In this document: piece after piece, positions 9,841 through 18,369 of the stretch
Layout of the letters: each line of letters starts with the position of its first letter
Position numbering within the stretch: the stretch's first letter is position 1
Source: an uncultured virus (IMG/VR IMGVR_UViG_648861014_000005)
Taxonomy: Duplodnaviria; Heunggongvirae; Uroviricota; Caudoviricetes
DNA: 20,000 nucleotides
Direction: 5' to 3' (one strand)
IMG/VR virus record: IMGVR_UViG_648861014_000005
The notes under the pieces: generated by a model
What the model was told of the DNA's origin: nothing
The model's input: only the letters and a program-made list of their open reading frames with translations
Databases searched by the model: none
Translations under genes and position numbers: made by a program

Positions 9841-10743
9841 GAACAGCAACATCGAATGGTGCCACCACACTTATAATCCATGGATTGGTTGTTCCAAGGT
9901 CAGTCCCGCCTGTGACCACTGCTATGCGGAGACCCAGAACAACCACCGAAAATGGGCGGAAGGCTGGGGACCGCATGCCGCGCGGAAGCGGACGAAGACC
10001 CGATCCAACCTGCAGAAATGGGACAAGAAGGCGAATGAACTTGGTGTTCGGTACCGGGTCTTCTGTGCCAGCCTTGCGGACATTGGTGACAACCACAGAT
10101 CAATTGATCCGATTTGGCGCCGTCAACTGGTTGGGGATATTCGACAGTACACCAATCTGGATATCCTGCTGCTAACCAAGCGCCCTCAGAACATCCCGAC
10201 CCTGTACCCGGACCTTATGGAGGATTGGCCTTCGAATGCTTGGATCGGGACAACGGTTGAGAACCAGGTGGAAGCGGATCGGCGGATACCTCGTTTGTTG
10301 AAGCTTCCAGCACCCGTGCGTTTTGCGTCGGTTGAGCCCCTGCTTGGCCCTGTAGATTTAACTTCGCTTCCCTATGGGATGCCGATTGGCAATGCGCCAA
10401 GCTATCAGGACGCTTTGCGCGGCAAGATCTGGATGCAAGAGGGTTCTGTGACCTAGCCGACAGACAGCCGCGCTACGGTGAATGGCCGTACCTATGTCGA
10501 CTTATGCGGCTATCTCTCATGGGTCATAGTCGGCGGTGAAACCGGCAAAGGTGGCAGACCGATGCACCCTGACTGGGTCCGGTCAATCCGGNNNNNNNNN
10601 NNNNNNNNNNNNNNNNNNNNNNNNNNNNNNNNNNNNNNNNNNNNNNNNNNNNNNNNNNNNNNNNNNNNNNNNNNNNNNNNNNNNNNNNNNNNNNNNNNNN
10701 NNNNNNGCATAACGAGTACCCGACAACAGGAGATATACGATGA
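9833..10743 (+). pseudogene. DUF5131 / phage Gp37Gp68 family protein, copy 1; in-frame TAG at 10454-10456 and an assembly gap
   Basis: IEWCHHTYNPWIGCSKVSPACDHCYA, VFCASLAD, LLTKRPQN, WIGTTVENQ, SVEPLLGP; the frame continues past the TAG into [16 protein letters not shown]. Confidence 0.8.
10592..10706. other. Assembly gap (115 N)
   Basis: Run of N; the equivalent stretch in copy 2 (16278-16531) is 254 bp. Confidence 0.99.
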
Positions 10744-11077
10744 CCAAGCAACCCAAATGACGCAGGGCTTGGGTCTATCGGGAGATCCCTTTCAACAAAG
10801 ATGGTTTGACAGGTTCACCGTCAATACGGAGATGCTGAGACTGAAATTTGTGAGATTCTCCAAAGCCCAACCCTGTCGCGTAAATATCGAGAATGCTCGA
10901 CTAATAGCCGCAGCGCCGGAGCTGTTCGGCGCCGCGCAGCTGGCTCTTCAAATAGCTGAACACACAATCCGCAGCGAGTTTGAGGGCCCGTCAAATTCAC
11001 CAACTTTCAATGCGATGATGGCCGAGCTCGATCCGGTTCGTTCCGTCCTTTCCAAAGCACGGGGAGAAACACAATGA
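10740..11077 (+). CDS. Small phage hypothetical protein ([11 protein letters not shown] motif), copy 1; apparent frameshifts probably sequencing errors
   Basis: Near-identical to 16565-16909 apart from seven single-base losses in homopolymer runs just after the gap and a few substitutions. Confidence 0.7.
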
Positions 11078-11526
11078 GAGTTCGCGATACCCTTTTCACC
11101 GGCTCCATGGTTATCGGACTTCTGGAGGACAGAAAGACACAAACGCGAAAGGTGATGAACAAGCTCTTGCGGTTCGGCCCTATCACAGAGTTCGGCCCCT
11201 CGGACACGCGTGGTTATGACTGGCATTTCCGCGACAGGGAAATGCGCTGGCATGATCTCCGACATGACGAGCTGCTCAAGGTGCTACCCTATCAGGTTGG
11301 CGACCTCCGCTACGTCCGAGAAGCTTGGAAGACCTTTGTCAGCCTAGACAAGGTGAAGCCAAGCGAACTGCTGAACGATAACCGTGGCGCGGGGATTCAG
11401 TGTCTCGCAGACAATGCAGAGCTTTCTCTCTCAGAGAACCACGAACGGCGAACGTCACGAAAGGCTGAAGCAGCACCCACAAGAAGGGGGCAGTTGCTGT
11501 ACGCAACTAGAACTAAGCAAAATTAA
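11074..11526 (+). pseudogene. ASCH/PUA-like phage protein, copy 1, 3'-truncated
   Basis: LFTGSMV..LLE.RKTQTR and PYQVGDLRYVREAW are present, but the C-terminal RLQEISE...NPWV block seen in copy 2 is absent. The ORF runs into AT-rich DNA. Confidence 0.65.
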
Positions 11527-11727
11527 CAGTAGCTCTCTGTTTGATTGGTTATATTTCCGTAAATAAATAATTAAATTAGTGTAAATTAAATAACGAAAAA
11601 TTGTAATATATTCCAATTTTTTTATTTTTATTCCAAGTTTTCACGACGTTTTCACACAACACATCTCGTGCGCACCGACCATCATTACTCGAGTAATTCG
11701 GACTGATGCGGCTTTATACAGTTTTAA

Positions 11728-12471
11728 ATGCAGAAAGTGTTCTTACCTATGACAAAGAATTACGCTTTTGGATTGGAAATGAATGATATTGATCTGATGG
11801 TAATCGATAAAAATCGGTTCACTCTCAGTTTGGTTCGTTCGTGCGCTTTCTATTGCGGAATCGGCAGAATTCGCATTTTTGACAATGTCGATGAAGCCTT
11901 GGAAGCAATGTTGGTCGATACCCCTAATATCGTTCTTTCTGAATGGGAACTTGATTCTATGAGTGGCTGCAAATTGTTACGGTTAGTGAGACATCAAAGC
12001 ATGAGGCCATTGTGTTTTGTTCCTTTCGGTCTGATCACGCCACATCCAACGCGACCATTGGTTCAGCATGCGCACAATTCCGGTGCCCATTTCGTATTGT
12101 CCAAACCCATTTCTCCTTTAGCCTTGTCAAAACGTCTTAAATGGCTTGCCAAAGATGAACAGGAGTTCATGTTTGATGCGGCGGGAAATTGCTTGATCAA
12201 GGGGCGTCGCCCGATTCAGAGAGATCAATCCACAAAACTCTCAGCCGTTCAGCGAATTCAATTGCGAAAGGCAGTTTCGTCCAAGAAGAATTCAGAAGTT
12301 CACAAGGTGATTGACGATCTGTTCAATGCTCCACAAAACGCCAATAACCCTAAGAGCAAAGCGGCGGTCGACATAGCAACTCGCGATCTGGTAAATAAAG
12401 CGCAGGAATGGAAAGCTCGTTCTTCGAACCACCACTTGAACCAAAGGGCTACGAACGCCAAATCCGCATGA
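11728..12471 (+). CDS. CheY-like receiver protein with atypical active site and C-terminal extension (start could be 11749 or 11779)
   Basis: LMVIDKN, PNIVLSEWEL..MSG..LLRLVR, GLIT, GAHFVLSKPIS receiver pattern; Glu at the phospho-acceptor Asp position. Confidence 0.8.
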   Translation: MQKVFLPMTKNYAFGLEMNDIDLMVIDKNRFTLSLVRSCAFYCGIGRIRIFDNVDEALEAMLVDTPNIVLSEWELDSMSGCKLLRLVRHQSMRPLCFVPFGLITPHPTRPLVQHAHNSGAHFVLSKPISPLALSKRLKWLAKDEQEFMFDAAGNCLIKGRRPIQRDQSTKLSAVQRIQLRKAVSSKKNSEVHKVIDDLFNAPQNANNPKSKAAVDIATRDLVNKAQEWKARSSNHHLNQRATNAKSA

Positions 12472-12678
12472 GTGAGAGATAGTTTTTCATACCGGAATTT
12501 CTAGCCTAACCACAAACCTGCTTAGGTTAGGCAGCTTGGACGCCGCTCTATTAGAGAAGTATGCTTACACTGCGCCACCAATTTAGATTTAGCTAGTAAA
12601 TTCCTATGCGAAAAACGCCACATTTCAACCGTTTGCAAATACCCTTTGATGTAATTAGCGCTTTGAAAGGTGTTTATC

Positions 12679-13017
12679 ATGGTTTGGTTATTATCGGTTT
12701 TATTTATTGTTGCTATTTGGCTTGCCACAGCTGCCTCAATTCGGTTGCACAGGTCCGATTCCTACGAACAATCTCAAAAACGCCTTCAGTTTTTGTTAAT
12801 TTGTTGCCTACCCATATTTGGCGCCGCTCTGGTTCTGCATGTGATAAATTCAGACGATGCGGGCCGTTCTTCCAACTCTTCCGAAGTTAATACCGGAAAT
12901 GCAATTTCTGCTTGGGCGCTTTCATTTATGCTCCTCGACTTCACACATCTCATTTCCGATGCTAGCGAAACGCAAACTGAGGGCTCCTTTGGAGACGCCG
13001 ACAAAATCGATTTTTAA
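12679..13017 (+). CDS. Small hypothetical membrane protein
   Basis: Two hydrophobic helices (VWLLSVLFIVAIWLATAA; FLLICCLPIFGAALVLHVI) and an acidic tail; AAGGTG upstream. Confidence 0.5.
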   Translation: MVWLLSVLFIVAIWLATAASIRLHRSDSYEQSQKRLQFLLICCLPIFGAALVLHVINSDDAGRSSNSSEVNTGNAISAWALSFMLLDFTHLISDASETQTEGSFGDADKIDF

Positions 13018-13272
13018 TTCGAGATTTCTGCATCGAACTTCTGACCGGGATTTGCTGTGTGCTGCTGTTGCGAGCCACAACTGTGGTGAAGCCTAGGTAT
13101 TTCTTGGACAGTTTTTTCAAGTCAAATTCATACTGTACGGCGTCCTGCAGCTCACACTTTCCATAGACCGCATTAATTTGGGCGTAAAATAATGGAACAA
13201 GAGCAACTAATCAGTGCCCCATAATGTCTATCGGGCATTGATCAGCCCCACCTGAGTGGTCCGTTTTGATTG

Positions 13273-14133
13273 TTAGTGCATGACTGGGCTTTGGTCCATC
13301 CGGACGATGGTTTCTGGTGCCGGTGGTCGGTAGCCCAAGGCGCTGTGTGGGCGTTTGGTATTGTAATGTTTCCTCCATTGTTCAATCAGGATTTGTGCTT
13401 CCTTTAAGCTGTAGAAGATTTCACCATTGAGTAGCTCATCTCGGAGGCGGGCGTTGAAGCTCTCGCAGTATCCGTTCTCCCATGGCGAACCTGGTTCGAT
13501 GTACGCGGTCTTTGCACCCACAGCGTTGATCCAGTCCCTGACTGCCTGAGCAATGAACTCCGGCCCATTGTCTGATCTGATGTAGGCTGGAACACCTCGC
13601 AGGATGAAGAGATCCGTTAGCACATCAATCACGTCGGTGGAGTTCAGATTTCGCTTCACCCGGATTGCCAGGCACTCTCGGGAATACTCGTCCAGGATGT
13701 TCAGTGTCCGGAACGCTTTTCCTTCATTGGTTCGGCAGTGCACGAAGTCATAGCTCCAGACATGATTGGGATACTCTGGCCGCAGCCGGACACATGATCC
13801 GTCGTTCAGCCAGAGCCGCCCTATCTTCGGTTGTTTCATTGGCACTTTCAGCCCCTCTCGTCGCCACAGCCGCTCAACACGCTTGTCATTCACATGCCAA
13901 CCAGCATCTCTGAGCAGAGCTGCAATACGCCTGTAACCGTAACGGCCAAACTCACGGGCGAGTGCGATCATATCCGCCACAAGACGTTCTTCGTCAGCAC
14001 GCCCTGCTGGAGGTTTCCTCTGCGTAGACCGGTGCTGACCCAGAACACGACAGGTTCGGCGCTCTGACACGCCGAGATGCTGACGAATGTGATTGATGCA
14101 GGCTCGACGACGGGCGGGGCTCAGAAGTTTCCC
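13273..14133 (-). CDS. IS3 OrfB DDE transposase, reached by -1 frameshift from OrfA
   Basis: YGYRRI, WSYDFV, ILDEYSRE, RSDNGPEF, PWENGYCESFN, YNTKRPHSALGY; slippery GGGAAAC on the minus strand at 14127-14133. Confidence 0.92.
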   Translation of the reverse strand, partial: GKLLSPARRRACINHIRQHLGVSERRTCRVLGQHRSTQRKPPAGRADEERLVADMIALAREFGRYGYRRIAALLRDAGWHVNDKRVERLWRREGLKVPMKQPKIGRLWLNDGSCVRLRPEYPNHVWSYDFVHCRTNEGKAFRTLNILDEYSRECLAIRVKRNLNSTDVIDVLTDLFILRGVPAYIRSDNGPEFIAQAVRDWINAVGAKTAYIEPGSPWENGYCESFNARLRDELLNGEIFYSLKEAQILIEQWRKHYNTKRPHSALGYRPPAPETIVRMDQSPVMH

Positions 14134-14399
14134 TTTGCGGCCTCCGACAAGATCAACTTGTCCAGGGTCAGGTCAGACACTGCCTTGCGCAGCCGCTCGT
14201 TCTCTTTCTGAAGGCGTTTGAGTTCTTTCAGTTGGTCGGTTCCCATCCCACCATACTGCTTTCGCCACCGGTAATACGTCTGTTCGGTGATACGAACCTG
14301 CCGAATGGCATCAATGCGCGGCATGCCTTGGCCGACAAGGACTTCAACCTGCCGCAACTTCGAGACAATTTCTTCTGGCTTGTGACGTTTCGTAGCCAT
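14121..14399 (-). CDS. IS3 OrfA (HTH)
   Basis: RHKPEEIVSKLRQ...ITEQTYYRWRKQYGGM...LKELKRLQKENERL; GGAGG RBS. Confidence 0.93.
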   Translation of the reverse strand: MATKRHKPEEIVSKLRQVEVLVGQGMPRIDAIRQVRITEQTYYRWRKQYGGMGTDQLKELKRLQKENERLRKAVSDLTLDKLILSEAAKGNF

Positions 14400-14455
14400 G
14401 TTGATCCTCCGTTTTCCTAAACATAACGATGGACCACTTCAAAGGGGGAGGATCA

Positions 14456-14658
14456 AGTGGATGGGACACAAGTCTCAGGAAGGCTCCAGCACAGGGGAGT
14501 ATTACGAGCGATTTGATCCGGAATTTCTTGAAGATGCGATGCTCGCCACAGACCTCGTGATACGAGAAATTGAGCAGCATTTAGCCAAACGCTCTCTTAG
14601 TGCTCCAGCGACTGAAACAGGAACAAATAACGTAGTCCACGGCCGATTTGGCGCATGA
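14456..14658 (+). pseudogene. C-terminal stub of a tyrosine integrase, cut by IS3
   Basis: Directly after the IS3 IR the frame reads WMGHKSQEGSSTGEYYERFDPEFLEDA..., the box II GH...T..Y motif; it ends 82 bp from att copy 2. Confidence 0.7.
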
Positions 14659-14679
14659 TTGCAGCCACTTTGCAGCCAC
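14659..14679. repeat. Putative integrase arm-type sites, right end of element 1
   Basis: TTGCAGCCAC-T-TTGCAGCCAC, a perfect 10-bp direct repeat with 11-bp period between the integrase stop and the att core. Confidence 0.65.
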
Positions 14680-14740
14680 GTCTGAAACCCGAACCATCTT
14701 TTGTTCTGAGTTTCCATCTAACTAAGTCATTGAAAATAAG

Positions 14741-14788
14741 TGGTCGGGGCAGCAAGATTCGAACTTGCGACCCTCTGGTCCCAAACCA
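14741..14788 (-). repeat. att core copy 2: 3' 48 nt of tRNA-Pro(TGG)
   Basis: Identical to 9055-9102; 5' half of the tRNA absent. Confidence 0.92.
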
Positions 14789-14938
14789 TATGTAAGACCT
14801 AACTATTTGGATAAATTGGCGAAAATTCGCAGAAATTAGATGGTTCTCATTAGGAGAACCTATCATGAACTCAAAACTCGCACTGCCGCGCCACTGCCGG
14901 ATGGCAGCTTCCATGTACAAAATGTGGGGTAGCGCGCC

Positions 14939-15526
14939 ATGACCACCCCACCCACAACATTCCCGTTGTCATGGCCCGAAACTCTCCCACGCACGGCCAA
15001 GCCCACAGCCTCTCGATTCAATACGAATCTGAACAAGGCAATGAGCAACGTGAAGAATGCCCTCAGACTGTTCAGTGAGGACAGCTCCAAGCGCGTATCG
15101 AATGTTGTCATTTCTTCAAACGTCACACTCGGCGCCCGCAACCCCGAAGACCCAGGTGTAGCGATTTGGTTTCAGTGGGATGGCTTGTCTGTCTGCATCG
15201 CTGTCGATCGGTACTGCGACGTTCAGGACAACGTACAGGCGATCTACCACATCATCGAAGCCCGTCGCACTGAACTACGCCACGGTGGCCTGAATATCGT
15301 CCGTGCATCCTTCGCCGGCTTCAGGGCCCTTCCCTCCAGCGGTACAAAAGTACACTGGCGTATGGCGCTGAACATCGGCCCAGGAACCACCCCCGACAAG
15401 TCGATCATTGAAGAAGCATATCGACAGCTCGCCAAGAAACATCATCCAGATGCCGGCGGTTCCGATGAGCGTATGGCCGAATTGAACCGGGCCCGTACCG
15501 AAGCATTGGAGGCGGTCAATGGCTGA
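14939..15526 (+). CDS. Phage-type J-domain protein, copy 2
   Basis: 195 aa, HPD motif (KKHHPDAGGS), highly similar to 9253-9840. Confidence 0.88.
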   Translation: MTTPPTTFPLSWPETLPRTAKPTASRFNTNLNKAMSNVKNALRLFSEDSSKRVSNVVISSNVTLGARNPEDPGVAIWFQWDGLSVCIAVDRYCDVQDNVQAIYHIIEARRTELRHGGLNIVRASFAGFRALPSSGTKVHWRMALNIGPGTTPDKSIIEEAYRQLAKKHHPDAGGSDERMAELNRARTEALEAVNG

Positions 15527-16568
15527 GAACAGCAACATCGAATGGTGCCACCACACTTATAATCCATGGATTGGCTGTACCAAGGTCAGTCCCGCCTGTG
15601 ACCACTGCTATGCAGAGACGCAGAACAATCACCGAAAATGGGCGGAAGGTTGGGGGCCGCATGCTGCGCGGAAACGGACGAAGACCCGCTCCAATCTGAG
15701 GATATGGGACAAAAAGGCCAAAGAACTCGGCGTTCGGTACCGTGTCTTCTGTGCCAGCCTTGCGGACATTGGTGACAACCACAGATCAATTGATCCGATT
15801 TGGCGCCGTCAACTGGTTGGGGATATTCGACAGTACACCAATCTGGATATCCTGCTGCTAACCAAGCGCCCTCAGAACATCCCGACCCTGTACCCGGACC
15901 TTATGGAGGATTGGCCTTCGAATGCTTGGATCGGGACAACGGTTGAGAACCAGGTGGAAGCGGATCGGCGGATACCTCGTTTGTTGAAGCTTCCAGCACC
16001 CGTGCGTTTTGCGTCGGTTGAGCCCCTGCTTGGCCCTGTAGATTTAACTTCGCTTCCCTATGGGATGCCGATTGGCAATGCGCCAAGCTATCAGGACGCT
16101 TTGCGCGGCAAGATCTGGATGCAAGAGGGTTCTGTGACCTAGCCGACAGACAGCCGCGCTACGGTGAATGGCCGTACCTATGTCGACTTATGCGGCTATC
16201 TCTCATGGGTCATAGTCGGCGGTGAAACCGGCAAAGGTGGCAGACCGATGCACCCTGACTGGGTCCGGTCAATCCGGGACCAATGCGCCGCCGCTGGTGT
16301 TCCATTTTTGGTGAAGCAGTGGGGCGATTGGCTACCGTGGGAACCGGAATATGATCCCTGCTGGAAATCGCAAAACGGCAAGTCCGAAGACCAACACGTC
16401 CTATTCCCCTCCGACATAGATAACGATCCCAAATGGGACGATGGCCTTTCATTCATCAATGAAGGACAGGAACACGCCGTGTTTCAGAAGGTGGGAAAGA
16501 AGGTAGCAGGCCGCCTGCTCGATGGCGTTCTGCATAACGAGTACCCGACAACAGGAGATATACGATGA
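15519..16568 (+). pseudogene. DUF5131 / phage Gp37Gp68 family protein, copy 2; single in-frame TAG at 16140-16142
   Basis: GCTKVSPACDHCYA three-Cys motif; after the TAG the same frame gives [33 protein letters not shown] and [11 protein letters not shown]...EYP. Confidence 0.85.
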
Positions 16569-16909
16569 CCAAGCAACCCAAATGGACGCAGGGGCCTTGG
16601 GTCTATCGGGAGATCCCTTTCAACAAAGATGGTTTGACAGGTTTCACCGTCAATACCGGAGATGCTGAGACTGAAATTTGTGAGATTTCTCCAAAGCCCA
16701 ACCCTGTCGCCGTAAATATCGAGAATGCTCGACTAATAGCCGCAGCGCCGGAGCTGTTCGGCGCCGCGCAGCTGGCTCTTCAAATAGCTGAACACACAAT
16801 CCGCAGCGAGTTTGATGGTCCGTCAAATTCACCAACACTCAATGCGATGATGGCCGAGCTTGATCCGGTTCGTGCTGCCCTTTCCAAAGCACGGGGAGAA
16901 GCACAATGA
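16565..16909 (+). CDS. Small phage hypothetical protein, copy 2
   Basis: KWTQGPW...[11 protein letters not shown] motifs common in temperate-phage early genes; ATGA overlaps at both ends. Confidence 0.8.
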   Translation: MTKQPKWTQGPWVYREIPFNKDGLTGFTVNTGDAETEICEISPKPNPVAVNIENARLIAAAPELFGAAQLALQIAEHTIRSEFDGPSNSPTLNAMMAELDPVRAALSKARGEAQ

Positions 16910-17890
16910 GAGTTCACGATACCCTCTTCACCGGCTCTATGGTCCGCGCCCTACTGGAAGGCAGGAAGACTCAGACACGACGGGTCTTGAAGGCCAGCGG
17001 CAGCAACCTGTTCGGTAAAGAACTCTACCCTCACTATGTCGATGGGGTTCGAATTGGTGATACAANNNNNNNNNNNNNNNNNNNNNNNNNNNNNNNNNNN
17101 NNNNNNNNNNNNNNNNNNNNNNNNNNNNNNNNNNNNNNNNNNNNNNNNNNNNNNNNNNNNNNNNNNNNNNNNNNNNNNNNNNNNNNNNNNNNNNNNNNNN
17201 NNNNNNNNNNNNNNNNNNNNNNNNNNNNNNNNNNNNNNNNNNNNNNNNNNNNNNNNNNNNNNNNNNNNNNNNNNNNNNNNNNNNNNNNNNNNNNNNNNNN
17301 NNNNNNNNNNNNNNNNNNNNNNNNNNNNNNNNNNNNNNNNNNNNNNNNNNNNNNNNNNNNNNNNNNNNNNNNNNNNNNNNNNNNNNNNNNNNNNNNNNNN
17401 NNNNNNNNNNNNNNNNNNNNNNNNNNNNNNNNNNNNNNNNNNNNNNNNNNNNNNNNNNNNNNNNNNNNNNNNNNNNNNNNNNNNNNNNNNNNNNNNNNNN
17501 NNNNNNNNNNNNNNNNNNNNNNNNNNNNNNNNNNNNNNNNNNNNNNNNNNNNNNNNNNNNNNNNNNNNNNNNNNNNNNNNNNNNNNNGATGTCAGGGTGC
17601 AACGTTTGCAGGAAATCAGCGAGGAAGATGCAAAGGCGGAGGGCGTTTGTGCATGGGTGGAAAGTCAGGCCAAATACCCTTGGGGTGATATCTCCGATGC
17701 ACTACGCCACCTAATGGTCAAAAATACCTTTGGCAATGCGAAAACCGCTTTCGAGTGTCTATGGGACAGCCTCAATGGCGACCGCGACGCCGGTATCTAC
17801 GCTTGGGATGCCAACCCATGGGTAATCGCCGTCTCCTTTGATGTCATCAAGGCCAATGTCGACACAGTACTGAGCGAGGTGGCGGCATGA
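16906..17890 (+). CDS. ASCH/PUA-like phage protein, copy 2, spanning an assembly gap
   Basis: N-terminus LFTGSMVRALLEGRKTQTRR; after the gap DVRVQRLQEISEEDAKAEG...FECLWDSLNG...WDANPWVIAVSF. Confidence 0.72.
17066..17587. other. Assembly gap
   Basis: Run of N. Confidence 0.99.
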
Positions 17891-18369
17891 AGGGAGAATA
17901 CGTAACTGAGGTCGAGGAGCTACAAGCGCGGCTAAAACCGTTTCTACCTACTGAGCGACCTGAACCCGCATGCTGGATAAGCACACCCGACGGCGATGAA
18001 GGAAATGAATGGTGCGGAACTTGCGGATACTACAAGGTGCGCAATCTTCGCCGGAGAGATCGTAGACGACAAGGTGACTACTTTCTTGACGGTGGATGGC
18101 GGGCCGAATGCGACCATTTCCCGTGTTGTGCTGGATGTGGAGTAGAGCTGGATATTATTCCTACGGATTACTGCATTGAAGAGCTGATCTGCAATTTTGA
18201 AAGAAGCGGCTTCTATCAAGATAGCCAAGCTACAGCCTTCGAAATCGATGAAATCCTCGAAATCGTTAACTACCGGTATGACGACAACCAAGCCAAGGAA
18301 GAGCGTCGGCGTGCAGCGGTCAAAATTGCGGCTCGTTTCCTGAGTTCGCTGAGCGAGGTGGCGGCATGA
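17870..18369 (+). repeat. Perfect 21-bp direct repeats at gene junctions (17870-17890, 18349-18369), partial third copy at 19140-19151
   Basis: CTGAGCGAGGTGGCGGCATGA twice; GTGGCGGCATGA at the end of the next gene. Each holds an RBS and an ATGA stop/start overlap. Confidence 0.9.
17887..18369 (+). CDS. Cys-rich hypothetical phage protein, possibly Zn-binding
   Basis: 160 aa with WCGTC and CDHFPCCAGC; coupled on both sides. Confidence 0.7.
   Translation: MKGEYVTEVEELQARLKPFLPTERPEPACWISTPDGDEGNEWCGTCGYYKVRNLRRRDRRRQGDYFLDGGWRAECDHFPCCAGCGVELDIIPTDYCIEELICNFERSGFYQDSQATAFEIDEILEIVNYRYDDNQAKEERRRAAVKIAARFLSSLSEVAA

Larger units (their letters stand above)
13239..14455 (-). mobile_element. IS3-family (IS407-group-like) insertion sequence, 1217 bp, no target duplication
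   Basis: IRs TGATCAGCCCCACCTGAGTGGTCC and TGATCCTCCCCCTTTGAAGTGGTCC; flanks GCAT and AGTG differ. Confidence 0.93.
9055..14788. mobile_element. Decayed integrative/prophage-like element 1 between the two tRNA-Pro att cores
   Basis: Bounded by identical att repeats, with matching arm-like repeats inside both ends, phage-type genes at the left and an integrase C-terminal stub at the right. Confidence 0.8.

Noticed and set aside
10740..10880. Seven frameshifting deletions suggesting a pseudogene in copy 1
   Set aside because: All are single-base losses in homopolymer runs within about 170 bp of a contig end, relative to copy 2; typical low-quality sequence. The 10478-11077 ORF is an artefact of this and the N gap.
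13213..13238. AGTGCCCCATAATGTCTAT resembles half of a dif (XerC/D) site
   Set aside because: The second arm (TTATG...) is missing; a half match is not enough.
14398..14455. ORF-track start for an 86-aa protein at 14398
   Set aside because: The first ~19 codons are IS3 terminal sequence; only 14456-14658 is integrase-derived.
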